In this document: positions 62,901 to 64,000 of the stretch, piece by piece
Layout: each line of letters opens with the position of its first letter
How positions within the stretch are numbered: position 1 is the stretch's first letter
Assembly: GCA_028534125.1 (NCBI GenBank)
Contig: CM052817.1
Location: 3,598,001-3,662,000, forward strand
Length of the DNA: 64,000 nucleotides
Source: Lama glama
Lineage: Eukaryota
Reading direction: 5' to 3'
The notes under the pieces: generated by a model
Seen by the model: the letters and a program-made list of their open reading frames with translations, nothing else
Database searches by the model: none
Told to the model about the DNA's origin: nothing
Translations under genes and position numbers: made by a program

Positions 62901-64000
62901 CTGGGGACACAGGGAGACAGGGGTGGGCGACCTCAGCACACGCCGAACACAGATCCCGACCGGTGTGACAGGAACCGCAGCAGCCCCGCGCCTGCCTCCC
63001 CACCTGCCCCTGCTCTGGTCCATCTTCCACACCTGCCTCCACTCACCTTCCAACATGGAAGCCTAACCACGCCGTCTGGGCTCGTGCCCCACAGCCACTC
63101 CCCACCGGCCCCCAGGTGCCAGTGTCGAGGCGGGGCTCCCAGGCTCCTCTCCTTGCGCAGTCTGGCTCCAGCCCCTGCGCTCGCCACCACCAATGCCGGG
63201 CTTCCCACTCCGGGACGCCAACCTGCCCTCCCGGGCTCCCGCTGACCTGCCCCCTCTCTTCGCCAGCAAACCATGCGCCCTTTTCAGGCCTGAGAGCTAT
63301 CAGCTCTTCCCACGCCTTCCTGAGCTTCCCCAGGGTGACTTCAGCTCCCTCCTCTCTGCAGTCTCAGCTTCTGGCTAACACCTTTATTTTTCTAAATATC
63401 ACATTCCACTGTGATTGCCTACCAGCCGCAGTGACAACAACAGGCCGCATTTACTGCACGCCCACTCCGGCCCAGTTGAGCGCTCCCAGGGCACCTCCGG
63501 CACAGCAGCTGTTTAATCCATGCAACGCTGTATGTCACCTGAGCAACAGACACTCAGACAAGTGACTTGCTAAAAGCCAAACAGCTTGTATGGATTCAAA
63601 CTCAGATTTGTTTGATTTTAAAACCAAGGGCATCTTTGCAGCACCAGTGCTAAACTACTTAGGTCAGGCGCTATGCCACGTTGACTGAATTACAAATTAC
63701 AAGCTATAAAGCAGAAACATTTTATGTGGGCTTCAAATAAATTGCACAGGGGGGATAACAGTAGATAAAAGCCCCCCCACCTCTAGGTAAATGGGACTGC
63801 CGACCAAGCATAAACGTCTACCTGTTTTATAAAGTTCACCAGAGTTTTAACCTTAAGTACAGCATTCAAGAGAAATGGGCAAGGACCACAACTCCCGTGG
63901 GACCTGGAACTGAATAAACTCACTGATGCCCGCCCTCAGGCCGACCCCTATTACTATCCCACTACTGGAGAATGTCCTACTATTTAATAACCTCTGATCT

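Overview
This is a mammalian (eukaryotic) genomic window, most likely from a camelid. The evidence is three tRNA-derived Vic-1-type SINEs and a cetartiodactyl-type L1 3' end, with no Alu, Bov-tA or PRE1 elements seen. It holds a conserved gene cluster. GRPEL1 (+) has 4 exons and encodes 217 aa (28912-35576). TADA2B (-) has 2 exons and encodes 420 aa (51986-39874). The intronless CCDC96/CFAP184 (+) encodes 557 aa (52599-54272) and sits head-to-head with TADA2B on a CpG-island bidirectional promoter. The last exon and 3'UTR of TBC1D14 (-) run from 62900 to about 60230. Bases 1-28 kb are non-coding and repeat-rich (L1, MIR, MLT1, MER20, MER53, SINEs); by synteny this probably leads towards SORCS2. 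Nearly all other ORFs in the track are GC-rich noise. I found no convincing novel biological system. The most interesting signals are regulatory or evolutionary: old repeats and exon segments with local, strong AT-to-GC rewriting (gBGC-like patches), an RFX X-box at CCDC96, a consensus CTCF site upstream of GRPEL1, two orphan CpG-rich promoter-like patches, and Pumilio elements plus a back-to-back poly(A) signal in the TBC1D14 3'UTR. Repeat family names were assigned by eye from remembered consensus sequences, and their boundaries are approximate.
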